A DNA stretch of 46,882 nt from Chiloscyllium plagiosum. Its lineage: Eukaryota. Shown one piece after another: positions 22,485 to 33,689 of the stretch. The first letter of the stretch is position 1; each line of letters begins with the position of its first letter. The DNA lies in assembly GCF_004010195.1 (NCBI RefSeq), contig NC_057753.1, positions 5,915,488-5,962,369 on the forward strand, written 5' to 3'. Below the pieces are notes generated by a model, which saw only the letters and a program-made list of their open reading frames with translations, made no database searches and was not told the origin of the DNA. The position numbers and the translations under genes were made by a program.

Positions 22485-23346
22485 TGTCCCAAACCTGGTC
22501 CTTTTTTTTTAAAAGTTATAACTTTTTTCTCATGGATACCGTGGCCTTGGCTTTTGTTTTCCAGAGGGGTTACCAACAGGCTGGGCTCCAAACCGACTGG
22601 CTTGGTACGGAGTTTGCAGGGTATTGAGAGGGCGTTTTGTTCATACATAAAGAGGTGAGACTTTAAGCCAAAGCATTTTATGATTTTTGTAAAAGAAGTA
22701 ACCTGTATAAGTCGTGAGGGCTTGGTCAGCTCTCTAGCTGAGCAGTCCATTTCAGAACTTGAGTTATGAGTTCAGCAGTGGGCTGTGTGGAAACAGGCTG
22801 CTAGATTCTCTCTCCTTCTGCCCTGCTAACTTCCACCTGTAAGGGGTTTGTTTATTGGGACTGTTATGTATATTCTGAAAAACGTAATTAACATAGAACA
22901 TTACAGCGCAGTCCAGGCCCTTCGGCCCTCGATGTTGCGCCGACCTGTCATACCAATCTGAAGCCCATCTAACCTACACTATTCCATGTACGTCCATATG
23001 CTTGTCCAATGACGACTTAAATGTACTTAAAGTTGGCNNNNNNNNNNNNNTCTCAACCTTCTTCTCTCTAACGAAAACAGCCTCCAGTCCCTCAGCCTTT
23101 CCTTGTAAGACCTTCAAAGTCTTGTTTGGGACAGTCTGAGTTCCGTGGGTATTCTCTACTCTGTTCTTTTGTGTTCATTGTGTAATTTTGTGAATACATT
23201 TATTTGTCTGTTTTAAAACCTGGTAGTCAACCCCGCTAACTGATTCCAGGTAATATTCACTGTACACTTACTGAAACAAATTGCAAACTTGTGGTCTGGG
23301 CTGCCTGCTTAAGAATGCTTTGATTGGTCTGGCCAAGTCTCTAACA
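22485..23346. mobile_element. Probable solo LTR interrupted by a CR1 3' end (about 22891-23115)
   Basis: TGT...TAACA termini, flanks atac/ataa, no coding signature; left boundary uncertain. Confidence 0.4.
23038..23050. other. Assembly gap (13 N)
   Basis: Run of n inside a young CR1 3' end. Confidence 0.99.
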
Positions 23347-23633
23347 ATAATTTGAAAGATGCATTTAGATTTTCCTTTATTATATTTGCCAGTGTTTTTT
23401 CTCATGTCCTGTCGTGTTGCTTGGGTCCAGATTGGGTGACAAGGTTCCCTACCCTGAAGGGAGTTAGGGAATTTGTTGAGTTTTTAATCACAAGTCCAAC
23501 TTTGATGGTCTCTTTGTCTCAGCATCGGCCTCACAAGTGACCAGATTGGTCCAGCTCCGTTTCGCAACTTGCTGTTTTATTTTTGTGGTTTCGTTTTCAT
23601 TGCCTTCTCTCTGTTTTATATTTGTTTTTCAAG

Positions 23634-24735
23634 GGATGGAAAAGGAAGACTTCCGTGTGGGAACATCTAACGCAACATCACGCCAGCAACCTGAAAGAGA
23701 CGTTCAGTGTATCAGAACCTGAACGTAATTAAATTTTCAACATGACAAAAAAAAATTTGCATTCCCTGTGATGGGAAAGAAGGCATGTCCTCTGTGTGTA
23801 GTCACGACTTCAGTTGATCATCTGGTTTATAAGAACAGGTGGATTTGCAGTCGGGCAACTGAAACCAATCAACACGTCAGTACCTCACAGATAAAATTAT
23901 TGTGACCTGCAATCGTTGGATATTTAACAATGGAAGATAAAAGCTCTGTTCACAGAGCGGAGGAAACATGCACGTGTTGTATGTGTGGACAGTGTTTCAC
24001 CAGATCATCCAACCTTTCAAGGCACAAGTGCAGTCACGCTGAGGAGAATATATTGAAATGTGGCCAAGCAGTCCAATCCCCATCTGAGCTGGAGACTCTC
24101 CAACCCAGTCAGACAGAAGACAAACTGTTCAGCTGCTCAGAGTGTGGCAAGGGGTTTACTCAGTCATCTGACCTGCTGAAACACCAGCGGGTTCACACCG
24201 GGGAGAGACCATTCATCTGCTCCAAGTGTGGGAAGGCATTCACCGATTCGTCCAATTTGCTGAAACACCGACGCGTGCATAGCGACGAGAGACCTTTTAA
24301 ATGCCCAGAGTGCATGAAGTGCTACAAAAGTTCCCGAGAACTGATGTCCCATCAGCGTGTTCACACGGACGAGAAACCGTTCAAGTGCTCTCACTGTGGG
24401 ACTGGCTTCAGGTGGTCCTCTCACCTCATTGTACACCAGCGCGTACACACTCAGGAGAGGCCATTTACCTGTCCTGAATGCGGCAAGGGATTCACTCAGT
24501 CATCAAACCTACTGACCCATCAGCAAGTTCATACTGGAGAGAGACCATTCACCTGTTCGGAGTGTGGGAAGGGATTCACTCACTCAACTGCTTTGCTGAG
24601 ACACCGCCAAGTTCACGAGTAATGACAGTGATTGGATTTTCTGTCATATACAAAACTGAAGCATGTTCACTGGGGCCTGTTTGTTCATCAGCTCCAGCCC
24701 GGTGTTGATTTTTCGGGGTAAAAGTCAAATAAGTC
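23634..24735 (+). other. Putative terminal exon containing the zinc-finger CDS
   Basis: Long polypyrimidine tract and aag| acceptor (AG 23632-23633); 3' end uncertain (only AATAAG near 24728). Confidence 0.55.
23930..24622 (+). CDS. C2H2 (Kruppel-type) zinc-finger protein, 230 aa, 7 intact fingers + 1 degenerate, no KRAB/SCAN/BTB visible
   Basis: Repeated CxxC-x12-HxxxH with TGERPF-type linkers; good start context acaATGg; uninterrupted frame. Confidence 0.93.
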   Translation: MEDKSSVHRAEETCTCCMCGQCFTRSSNLSRHKCSHAEENILKCGQAVQSPSELETLQPSQTEDKLFSCSECGKGFTQSSDLLKHQRVHTGERPFICSKCGKAFTDSSNLLKHRRVHSDERPFKCPECMKCYKSSRELMSHQRVHTDEKPFKCSHCGTGFRWSSHLIVHQRVHTQERPFTCPECGKGFTQSSNLLTHQQVHTGERPFTCSECGKGFTHSTALLRHRQVHE

Positions 24736-24941
24736 AGTGCTCCATTCCTCCAAATTAAGGTTTACCCAGTTACCAAAGTACTTATCTCACGTTCAGTACT
24801 GGATGAACAGAAATACCCTCCAATTGAAATGGAGATGACCAAAGTCACTGGCTTGAGTCGCCATGACAAATTCTGTTCTGTAAATACTGAGCCTGTGCCT
24901 CTCCCCAGGAACCTATTTTGAATACGTCTGTTCACAAGCTC

Positions 24942-25930
24942 AGTGTCATCGAGTCCTATAGCAGAGACTGGCCCTTTTGGCTCAAACTGGTCCACGCTGA
25001 CCAAAAATGTCCATCCACACGAACCCCATTTCCCTGCACTTGGCCCATATCCTTCTAATCCTTCCCTATCCATGTATTTGTCCAAATGCCTTTTAAATGT
25101 TATTAATGTACCCGCCTTAACCACTTCCACTGGCAGCCCGTTCCATATCCGTCCCACCCTCTGTGTAAAAGCAAGTTGCCCCTCAGGTTCCCTTTTATTC
25201 TTTCCCCTCTAATCTTAAACTGATGCCCTCTACTCCTCGATTCCCCAACCCTGAGCACATTCACTCTATCCATGCCTCTCATGATCTTTTACACTTCTGT
25301 AAGATCCCTCCTCATTCTCCTACACTCTAAAGGAAGAAGTCCTCGCTTGTCCAACCTCTCCCTATATCTCAGACCATTGAGTCCGGGCAACATCCTTGTA
25401 AATTCCTTCTGCACTCTTCCCAGTTTAATAACATCGTTCCTACAGCAAGGTGACCAAAACTGAACACAGTACTCCAAGTGCGGCCTCGCCAACATCCTGT
25501 ACAACTGCAACATAACTTCCCAACTCCTATCCTCGACGTCCTGACTAGTGAAGGCCAGTGTACCAAAAGCCTCCTTCACTTCCCTGTCTATCTGTGATTC
25601 CACTTTTAGAGAACTATGCACCTGAACTCCAACCTCCCTCTGTTCCTGACATTCCTTAAGGCCCCACCATTCACCATCAATCTCCTAGCTTGATTTGACT
25701 TTGCAAAATGCAAGACCTCACATTTATCCATATTCAACTCCATTTGCCATTTCTCAGCCCACTTCCCCAGCTGATCAAGGTCCTGCTGTAATTTATGAGA
25801 ACCTTCCTCACTGTCCACAGTCCTGCCGATTTTAGTGTCGTCTACAAACTTACTGATTGTACCTTGTACATTCTCATCCAAGTCATTGATACAGATAACA
25901 AACTACAATGGACCCAGCACCGACTCCTGA
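24942..25930 (-). mobile_element. CR1 LINE 3' ~1 kb
   Basis: 'ISKFVDDTKIG..LQQDLDQLGKWAEKWQM', 'LARPHLEYCVQFWSP', 'WNGLPVEVV'. Confidence 0.9.
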
Positions 25931-26544
25931 GTTACATTCACCTTTTTGAGTTGTGACGATAATACCACATCTGCACGAATTGTGGATGTTTCAACACATC
26001 TCTCCCCTGTTTTCCCCCTCCCCCACCCACCCCGCTCCAGTTCATCTGTTGCTGAAACTCAACTAAAATTTGGTTACCTTTCGACTTGATGTTTCCAATG
26101 CAGTCTGAGCGAGTGTCTCTCATTCATCAGAAAAAAAAGCTATGTTGCTCCTGGTCTTTCTAAGCTATCAACCCTATGCTCCATGATTCCGGGCCAAATG
26201 TGTTTAATATGAAATTGCTCCATGAGTACATTTCCCCTCATCTGCAATTGCAACCTCACAATCTGTGTCACAATTTATTTATAATTTCTACCTGCACAAA
26301 CTGAGAGATACCTACTTTCATTTTGGTCTCTCGATCTTTCACACCCTCTTAACACCCCAAAGTGATTCACAATCGATGATCAGGTTTGAAAGGATGGATA
26401 TGCAGAGCTGAATGCTACAATTTGAAACCAGGTGACCCTGGCTCTATATGGTCATAAATCAAATAATTGAATATAACTGGTTGATAAAGGTACTGAAAAA
26501 GCTCTGTCTTTGCGGAGGGATGAATTACAAAAGAAAATAGTAAT

Positions 26545-26868
26545 TAGAATCCTGACAGTGTGGAAACAGGCCCTTTGGCCCAATAAGTCCACGCCGACCC
26601 TCCGAAGAGTAACCCATACAAAACCATTCCCCTACCTGATGTTTACCCCCTGACTAATGCACCTAACTTATATATCCCTGAACACTACGGGCAGCTTAGC
26701 ACAGGCAATCTAACCGAATGTGCACGTGTTTAGATTGCGGGAGGAAACCCACGCAGACACGGGAGAATGTGCAAACTCCACACAGAGAGTTGCCCTGAAG
26801 AGGGAATCGCACCCAGGTCCCTGGGCACTGTGAGGCAGCAGTGCTAACCACTGAACCACCATGCTGCT
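26545..26868 (-). mobile_element. HE1-like SINE
   Basis: Reverse head gcagcagtgctaaccactg and core ggaaacccacgcagacacgggag. Confidence 0.85.
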
Positions 26869-27039
26869 CCAGTAGTTAAAGTCGTTGACCTATTCACATT
26901 CTAAATCCTCTTCTGCTGAAATGGTGCATTCAGTTCTGAGCACCACACTTGGAGAAAACATGATCAGGCCTTTGGAGGTGGTGCAGAAAATGTTTGCGGG
27001 AATAGTATCAGGCACCTGCAAAGTGTAACGTAAAATGTT

Positions 27040-27450
27040 CACAGTTCCAACAATACTCAAGAAACTGGCCCCATCCAGGATTTCCAGCAGCTGCGGCATG
27101 CACTTGCTTCATGACCAGCGGGCAGCGTGTACCGTCTAAGATCCAGTGCACCGTCTCACCAAGGCTCCTTCAACAGCACATTCCAAACCCCACTACAACT
27201 GAGAAGTTAGTTGGATTACCACCATGTTACAAATTAGTTTTACCACCATTAATTGCAATCCCCCTCAAAACCGTCCTGAATTGAAACTTTATCACGATTA
27301 ACCCTCTGTCACTGGATTAGAATCCCAGAGCTACCTTCCAGACAGCACTGTGGGCGTACTTTCGGCAACTGGACCGTAGCAGTACAAATAAGCAGTTCAC
27401 CAGCTCCTTCACTGCTGGTCTGGGCGACAGAGACCACATCCCATGAATAT
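27040..27450 (+). mobile_element. Old LINE (L2/CR1 group) 3' remnant
   Basis: caacaatactcaagaaactggcccatccagga...cagcacattccaaacccca...cagttcaccagctccttc resembles a common shark LINE 3' end from memory; heavily decayed. Confidence 0.4.
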
Positions 27451-27882
27451 ATTAGAAGTAAGGTAGGTTTCTGGTTTGTGGACACCTAGCAGAAGCTAGG
27501 ATGCTCTACTTGGAGCTGAGAAAATGAACCTGTGGATTTAGTCAGATGAAGATTTGTTTCCAGGATATTTTCTCTTCAGCGAGAGATAGAAACTATTAGC
27601 ATTGATGCAACATTCGTAACGCACAGCTTTCAGAGTGGACAAATGTTGCAGGGTAAAAATGTGGAGATTATTTTACTCAGCAAGTTCTGAGGAACCAGAA
27701 TGGACTGGATGGCATCTGGAATGAGATTCAGCGATTGTTCTTAGAAGAGATTTGGAATGTAACTATTTTAAGGAACATTTTTGGGGAGTGGGGTCTATGA
27801 GCAATGGGAGTGGGAATAGATTTGCCGTGTTTTTCAACTGAGAGATAACCGTTCCAGTGCACTGAATTGCCGCTCGCCCCTG

Positions 27883-28101
27883 AGCCGTTCTGCTGTAACG
27901 TGCGTTTCGTTAACGTAAGTTTGCTGGACCGTGATTGACGAGTTGGGGACACCGTTTCTAAAGCGTGAACTTTTAAAGCGTGTGTTGGTTGTAGTTCGGT
28001 TGCATCGGCAACAGTTTAAGCACTGTTTCTAAAGTGCGATTTTTCTATAACGCAGGGTTGCACAAGGACGCAACTGTCGTGTTATAAAATGACTATCTGT
28101 A
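27883..28101. mobile_element. Tc1/mariner (Tigger/MER6-like) MITE
   Basis: Left end agccgttctgctgtaacg matches the 30608 copy; decayed right end gttataaaatgactatctgta. Confidence 0.55.
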
Positions 28102-28139
28102 CTATGCTGTCGGTCAGGAAACTCATCCAGGGCAGCTGA

Positions 28140-28330
28140 TAGGGATGCTTGTGCTCCCCTCCACACCCCTGGCTGATTGGTGGTACGTGACCAATATTGC
28201 TGAAGGGGGTTTGTGGTGGGGTTGGTTCTCCATCCAATAGGGATGACCAAAGGGCAGGGTTAATCTATATGCGCATGACTATGCTCCTGGGTAGCAGCAG
28301 TGCTGCTGCCAGTGAGGTCTGGGCGCGTGA
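28140..28330 (+). promoter_or_regulatory. Second promoter-like module (CCAAT boxes, NRF1-like)
   Basis: ctgattgg, gaccaat, tccaatag and tgcgcatg clustered upstream of exon 28488-28595. Confidence 0.45.
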
Positions 28331-28487
28331 GTGATGCGAAGGAGATTGTAAAAGGGAGGCAACAGTGGGGACAGGGGGAGGCAGACATAGGGGTGTGGAC
28401 TGGAGCTGGGCTCGACGTAACAGCTGTCAAAGGAGAGAATTTCTATCCTGGACTGAGGGCAATAACTTCAGTGAACTCGTTTTTCAG

Positions 28488-28595
28488 CATGTTGCAAATG
28501 GAGGATTTGCATTCGGGAACCAAAACCAATCATCACATTGAGGTCTGACGGTGTTCCTCGATTCATCAGAACCTGGGCATTCGGGACGTTTGAGG
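28488..28595 (+). other. Putative non-coding ZNF-family leader exon
   Basis: tttttcag| acceptor and gag g|gtaag donor (GT 28596-28597); similar to the starts of exons 491 and 23634. Confidence 0.5.
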
Positions 28596-28729
28596 GTAAG
28601 CAGTGAGCTCCAGCATCTTTGTTGCTGTAAAAGAAATACCTTTCTCTCCTCTCCCCTGGAGATGTTCATGAAAATCTGACACCCTTGTCCCTTAATCATT
28701 TCATCTGTGGCAGGTCTCCCTCCAATCGA

Positions 28730-28812
28730 AAACAAAAGCAGAATTGGCTGGAGAAACTCAACAGGCCTGGCAGCATCTGTGGAGAGAAACGGGCCTTCAT
28801 CCGGAGACTCAG
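28730..28812. repeat. Short Penelope-derived fragment
   Basis: aaaagcagaattggctggagaaactcaacaggcctggcagcatctgtgg, related to the 3418 unit. Confidence 0.5.
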
Positions 28813-28819
28813 GTAATGT

Positions 28820-30210
28820 TAGACCGTAAGACATAGGAGCAGACATGAGGCCATTCGGCCCATCGAGTCCTTTCGCCGTTCAATCGTGGCTGATAAAGTT
28901 TCTCAACCCTTATTCTCCCACCTTATCTCCATAACCTTTGATCCCTTTGACAGTCAAGAACCTATCTATGTTTATCTTAAATATATTCAGTGACCTGGCC
29001 TCCACAGCCTTCTGCGGCAATGCATTCCAAAGATTCTCCACTCACTGCCTGAAGACGTCTCTCCTCATATCCGTTCTAAAGGTCTTCTCTTTGTTCTGTG
29101 GCTGTGCCTTCTGGTTCTCAACTGCTAATAGAAACACCTTCCCAATGTCCATGCTATCTAGGCCATTCAGTATTCTGTAAGTTTCAATTGGATTCCCCCC
29201 CTCATCCTTTGAAACCCCATTGAATGCAGATCCCAGAGTCCTCAAATGTTGCTTACATTTAAGCCTTTCATTCCTCGGATAATTCTCCAGGACCTCCTCT
29301 GGGACCGCTCTAGGGCTGGTAAATCCTTGGAGGTAAGGAGCCCAAAATTGCTCTGTGTTCTAAATGTGTCTGACCAGAGCCTGGTAAAGCCTCCAAAGTA
29401 CATCCTGCTTTTGTATTGTAGTCAGCTTCAAATAAATGCTAACGTTTATTTGTCTTCCCAAATACCTGCAAGTTTACCGACTGAGACTCCTGGGCTGGGT
29501 CTTCCAAGTTCCTTTGCAGTTCAGATTTCTGAATTTTATTCCTGTTTAGAAAATAGCCTGTGCCTCTATTTATCTGACTGATGTGCATGACCTGTTGTGT
29601 TCCATCTGCCCATCATCCTTGCCCATTCTCCGAACCTGTCAAAATCCATCTGCAGCCTCCCTGCCTCCTCAGTAGAGTCATAGAGATGTACAGCACGGAA
29701 ACAGACCCTTCGGTCCAACCCATCCATGCTGACCAGATATCCCAACCCAATCTAGTCCCACCTGCCAGCACCCAGCCCGTATCCCTCCAAACCCTTCCTA
29801 TTCATATACCCATCCAAATGCCTCTTAAATGTTGCAATTGTACCAGCCTCCACCACTTCCTCTGGCAGCTCATTCCATACACGTACCATCCTCTGTGTGA
29901 AAAAGTTGCCCCTTCGGTCTCTTTTATATCTTTCCCCTCTCACCCTAAACCTATGCCCTCTAGTTCTGGACTCCCCGACCCCAGGGAAAAGACTTTGTCT
30001 ATTTACCCTATCCATGCCCCTCATGATTTTGTAAACCTCTATAAGGTCACCCCTCAGCCTCTGACGCTCCAGGGAAAACAGCCCCAGCCTGTTCAGCCTC
30101 TCCCATATAGCTCAAATCCTCCAACCCTGGCAACGTCCTTGTCAATCTTTTCTGAACCCTTTCAAGTTTCACAACATCTTTCCGATAGGAAGGAGACCAG
30201 AATTGCACAC
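28820..30210 (-). mobile_element. Two CR1 3' fragments (old 28820-29670; young HER1-like 29673-30210)
   Basis: Tails agaccgtaagacatagg and agagtcatagag; ORF 29752-30024 'RTRGHRFRVRGERYKRD..FFTQRMVRVWNELP'. Confidence 0.85.
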
Positions 30211-30224
30211 AATAATCTAGCAGA

Positions 30225-31500
30225 GATAGTATGGCTTCATGAATGGAAATTACACCTGAATAATTTATTACAATTTGAAGAGGTAACAATCGGAATAGGT
30301 AAATGTGCACCAGTAATCATAATATAATTGGATTTCTAGACGTTATTCGATAAGGCATTACACATTCGGCTACTCAATAAGACAAGAGCCCATGTAACAT
30401 ATCAGCATGGATAAAGGATCGACTAACTGACAGAACACAGTCGGGGCATAGTGGCCATTTTCAGGATGGCAGCCTTTAACTAGTGGATTGCCACAGGAAT
30501 CAGTACTGACCACAGTAATTTACAATAGCTATGAATAACTTGGATGAGGGAAGTAATTGTACCAAAGTCAAGTTTATGGATGAGTCAGAATAGATGGGAT
30601 GCACGTACAGTCGGTTCTGCTGTAACGTGTATTTCTTCAACGCGAATTGGCTTTAATGTGATTGAAGAATTTGGATTATCCTTTGTAGAATGTGAACTTT
30701 CCTTACCTGCACTGGCCATAAGGTGACTCTGGCCCTGTTAGTTTAAATGGTGCAGCTATTGCACAATTTTCTTACAACGTAAGTTGGCTTCAGAACAGAC
30801 CTGTCACGCTGTATCAGAACCGACGGTACTGAGTTTGACAGGGCTTGCAGAGATGTGGACAGCTAAGGTTATTGGCAAGAAAATGGCAGATACAATATGC
30901 TGTGGGAAAGTGTGACGTGATGCACCTTGGCAGGGAAGCAGAGGAACTGAATGCCAATTAGAGAAAGGCTGCAGAGTAGAAAGATTTCAGAGTCCTACAT
31001 AAACCACAGAAAGCGAGCATCCATGTGCCGGTGATAGGGAGGGCAAACTGATTTTCTGCCCTTATATCAAATGCAATGAAGAACAAAAGTATGGAAGCCT
31101 TGTTGTTTTAATATGAGGAGAAATTGAATAGTTCGGGCCTGTACTCTTTGGAGTTTAGATGACTTTGCTGAAACATGAAATTTTCTTGGGTGCATGACAA
31201 GATGGTTGTAAAAAGGTTGGTTTCCCTTGCTGGAGAATCGAGGATGAGAGGGCACGTCTGAGCATTTTATAGTTAAGACAGAAATGAAGACAAATTTCTT
31301 TTCTCCGGGCCTTGTGAATCTGTAGAATCATTTACCCACAAAGGGCTGTTGAAGCTTCCTCATTGAGTATATTCAAGGCTGTGATGGATTTTTAATCGGT
31401 AAATGCAATCAGAGATTATGGCTGAAAGGCAGCAGAGTGGTGCGGAGGATTCTCAAATCTGCCATGACTTCATTGAATAATGAAGCAGAGTTCAAAAGCA
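30225..31500 (+). mobile_element. Old CR1 ORF2 remnant
   Basis: Decayed RT motifs (gtggattgccacaggaatcagtact = GxPQGS; tggcagatacaatatgctgtgggaaagtgtga). Confidence 0.6.
30608..30826. mobile_element. Tc1/mariner (Tigger/MER6-like) MITE with TA TSD
   Basis: ta-cagtcggttctg ... cagaaccgacgg-ta; terminal 12 bp match at 11 of 12. Confidence 0.75.
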
Positions 31501-31615
31501 AATTCACTACCCAGCCAGTAAACTTACTGAAGTGATTTTAACAACAAAATATCTTAAACAAGACAAGTAGACTGTTCACTGCACTCCAGCTGTGGTCTCA
31601 TTCATGCCTCATTAG

Positions 31616-31841
31616 CGTCAGCAGGTAGCCCAGGTTCGGTTCCAGCCTCCGGGTGCTCCGGTTTCCTCCCACAGTCCAAAGATGTGCAGGTCAGAGTGAA
31701 TTGGCCGTGCTAAATTGCCCCAGAGTGTTAGGTACGTTAATGAGAGGGAAATGGGTCTTGCTCGGCTACTCTTCGGCGGGTCGGTGTGCACTGCTTGGGC
31801 TGAAGGGCCTGTTTCCACATTGTAGGTAATCTAATCTAATC
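31616..31841 (+). mobile_element. HE1-like SINE, internally deleted
   Basis: B-box remnant joined to core ctccgggtgctccggtttcc; aatctaatctaatct tail. Confidence 0.85.
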
Positions 31842-32103
31842 TGGTAAAAAAAAAACTCTGTTTCTATGCCCCATTCCCTTTGAAATAAAAGCAAACTTTG
31901 CATTTGTCTTCCGATATCTGCTAAATGTTCGCTTTTGTGCCTGACAATCCTAAATCCCTTGGTGATGCAGCTTTCTGGTGTCTTTCCTCATTTAAAGGGT
32001 ATCCAGCACCTTTACTTATCCTGCAGAAGTGTATTCTATTCCTTCTGCCTGGTTGTTACCCACTCACTTTTTAACCTGTCAATAGCCTTGTGTAGACTGT
32101 TTG

Positions 32104-32248
32104 GAGACAAAAACATAACTGCTGATGCTGGAATCCAAGGTAGACAGGCAGGAGGCTGGAATGACACAGCAAGCCAGGCAGCGTCAGGAGGTGGCGAAGT
32201 TGACAGTTCGGGTGTAACCTTTCTTGTCCTGTGTTCTTCCAGCCTACT
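32104..32248. mobile_element. Penelope-derived mini-element variant with 16-bp TSD
   Basis: ttgtgtagactgtttg (32088-32103) and ttgtgtagactctttg (32249-32264) flank ...actgctgatgctggaatcc...cagcaagccaggcagcgtcagg. Confidence 0.65.
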
Positions 32249-32727
32249 TTGTGTAGACTCTTTGTCAACTTTATCACTTGTTTGCTTATTGGTGTCTGTG
32301 TCATGCATAAAAGAGGTTGCAAGGCATTCATTTTCCGCATTTAAGTCATGAATATAAGTAGCGATGGCCTCAGCATTGTGGCGGTCCACGTTGCAAGTTG
32401 CCATCCTGCAAATGCCATCCATCTCCCATAGCTGTATCTACTATTTCTTAGCCAATTGTGTCCATGATAATATACTACCACCAACACCATGCATCCTTTC
32501 TCACTGAATAGCCACGTGCAGCTTGGTATGGAACATTTTTAAAAAAAAAAATCCAAACATACTTCCACTTTGTCTATTTTGCTCATTGCCACCTCGGAGA
32601 ATTCTTGTCCATTTGGTCAACATGATTCTCCCCTCAAGAAGCCACGCTGACTTTACCTGATTGTTATGTGTGATTGAATAACAGAAACATGATCTGGAGG
32701 AGCAGCTGTGTTGGACTGGGCCGGACA

Positions 32728-32840
32728 AAGTTTAGAAAAAAAAATCACGCAACACCAGGTTATCGTCCAACAGGTTTATGTGGTGCCTCCAAATAAACCT
32801 GCTTAGCTAATGACCTGGTGTGTGTTGTTTTTTAAACTTT
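32728..32840. repeat. Imperfect palindrome, probably Penelope-derived
   Basis: aaaaatcacgcaacaccaggttatcgtccaacaggtttatgtgg pairs with ccaaataaacctgcttagctaatgacctggtgtgtgttgtttttt. Confidence 0.6.
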
Positions 32841-33049
32841 TGAATGAGAGATGTTGATCCCTGTGTGAAATAGCAACTGGCTAAACGCGAAGAAAAATCC
32901 TTCCATGCACCCAAGGAGCGACACATTCCATTTCCCGAGGGAGTGGCGTGGATCCTGCTGGGATTTGATGGCGACTGGAGATTTGCTGTCCGCAAATTGC
33001 CTTCAAGATGTTCAGTCTGAGAGCATGACCCCTGCCCACTCTCCCAGCA

Positions 33050-33250
33050 ATGATACAGCTAACCATGGGGGCCTGGCTGATTGACAGCAGCTCTGGGCCA
33101 ATCGGTGAAGGGGCGTGGGTTTGGTTGCCCAATCAGTCGGGAGAAATTGCAGGGGTGGGGCTGGTGGAAAGTCACATGGTCACACTCCTGTGCAGGTGCA
33201 GTGGGGCTGAGAGGTGTGGGCGAGTGTGGCGGAGGGGGGGGAGACTGTGT
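33050..33250 (+). promoter_or_regulatory. Third promoter-like module (CCAAT and GC boxes)
   Basis: ctgattgacag, ggccaatcgg, ggggcgtggg, cccaatcag, ggggtgggg; donor ga|gtaag at 33385 and acceptor ttttttgcag|gatatt at 33478. Confidence 0.55.
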
Positions 33251-33511
33251 GAACTGAAATGTTTCATGGATATTGGATGGAGGCTGCGGGTTCACGTTAA
33301 ACTCTTATTGGCAGCAAATGGGGAAAATACCTGCGGGCATCAGGGGCAGCTGTTTGCAAGTCAGCAGGGATGCATTTGCACAGAGTAAGCTCAAACCATG
33401 ATCAGTGTGAGACTCCCTTCCAATTGCTGTCATGCATCGACAGTACTGGATTTAATTTTGTAAACTGTTTTTTTGCAGGATATTAAATGAGGCGAATCTG
33501 ACTGTTCACCT

Positions 33512-33600
33512 CATGAGGGGCTTATTTTCGAAATGTCGATTCACCTGCTTCTCCGATGCTGCCTGACCCACTGTGCCTTTTCAGCGCCACACTCTCGACT
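33512..33600. repeat. Penelope-derived mini-element fragment
   Basis: gggcttattttcgaaatgtcgattcacctgcttctccgatgctgcctgaccc matches the 5580-5669 arm. Confidence 0.7.
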
Positions 33601-33689
33601 GTCAAACAATCTTCGACCAGGCAAGAAAGAGACTTTTCTGTGGGAACACATTTCAAGTATCGTTATGAGTGGAAAAGCAACAAGGTCTA

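Noticed and set aside
22061..22750. 229-aa minus-strand ORF
   Set aside because: Chance fusion of non-coding LTR-like/flank sequence with a Rex1 RT fragment; no coherent protein.
23400..23570. Possible ancient Deu-type SINE remnant (also about 38750-38850)
   Set aside because: Resemblance is from memory and too decayed to support without alignment.
29581..30327. 248-aa plus-strand ORF (similar ones at 10298-10894 and 11063-11536)
   Set aside because: Antisense read-through of CR1 sequence; the same peptide recurs at other CR1 copies.
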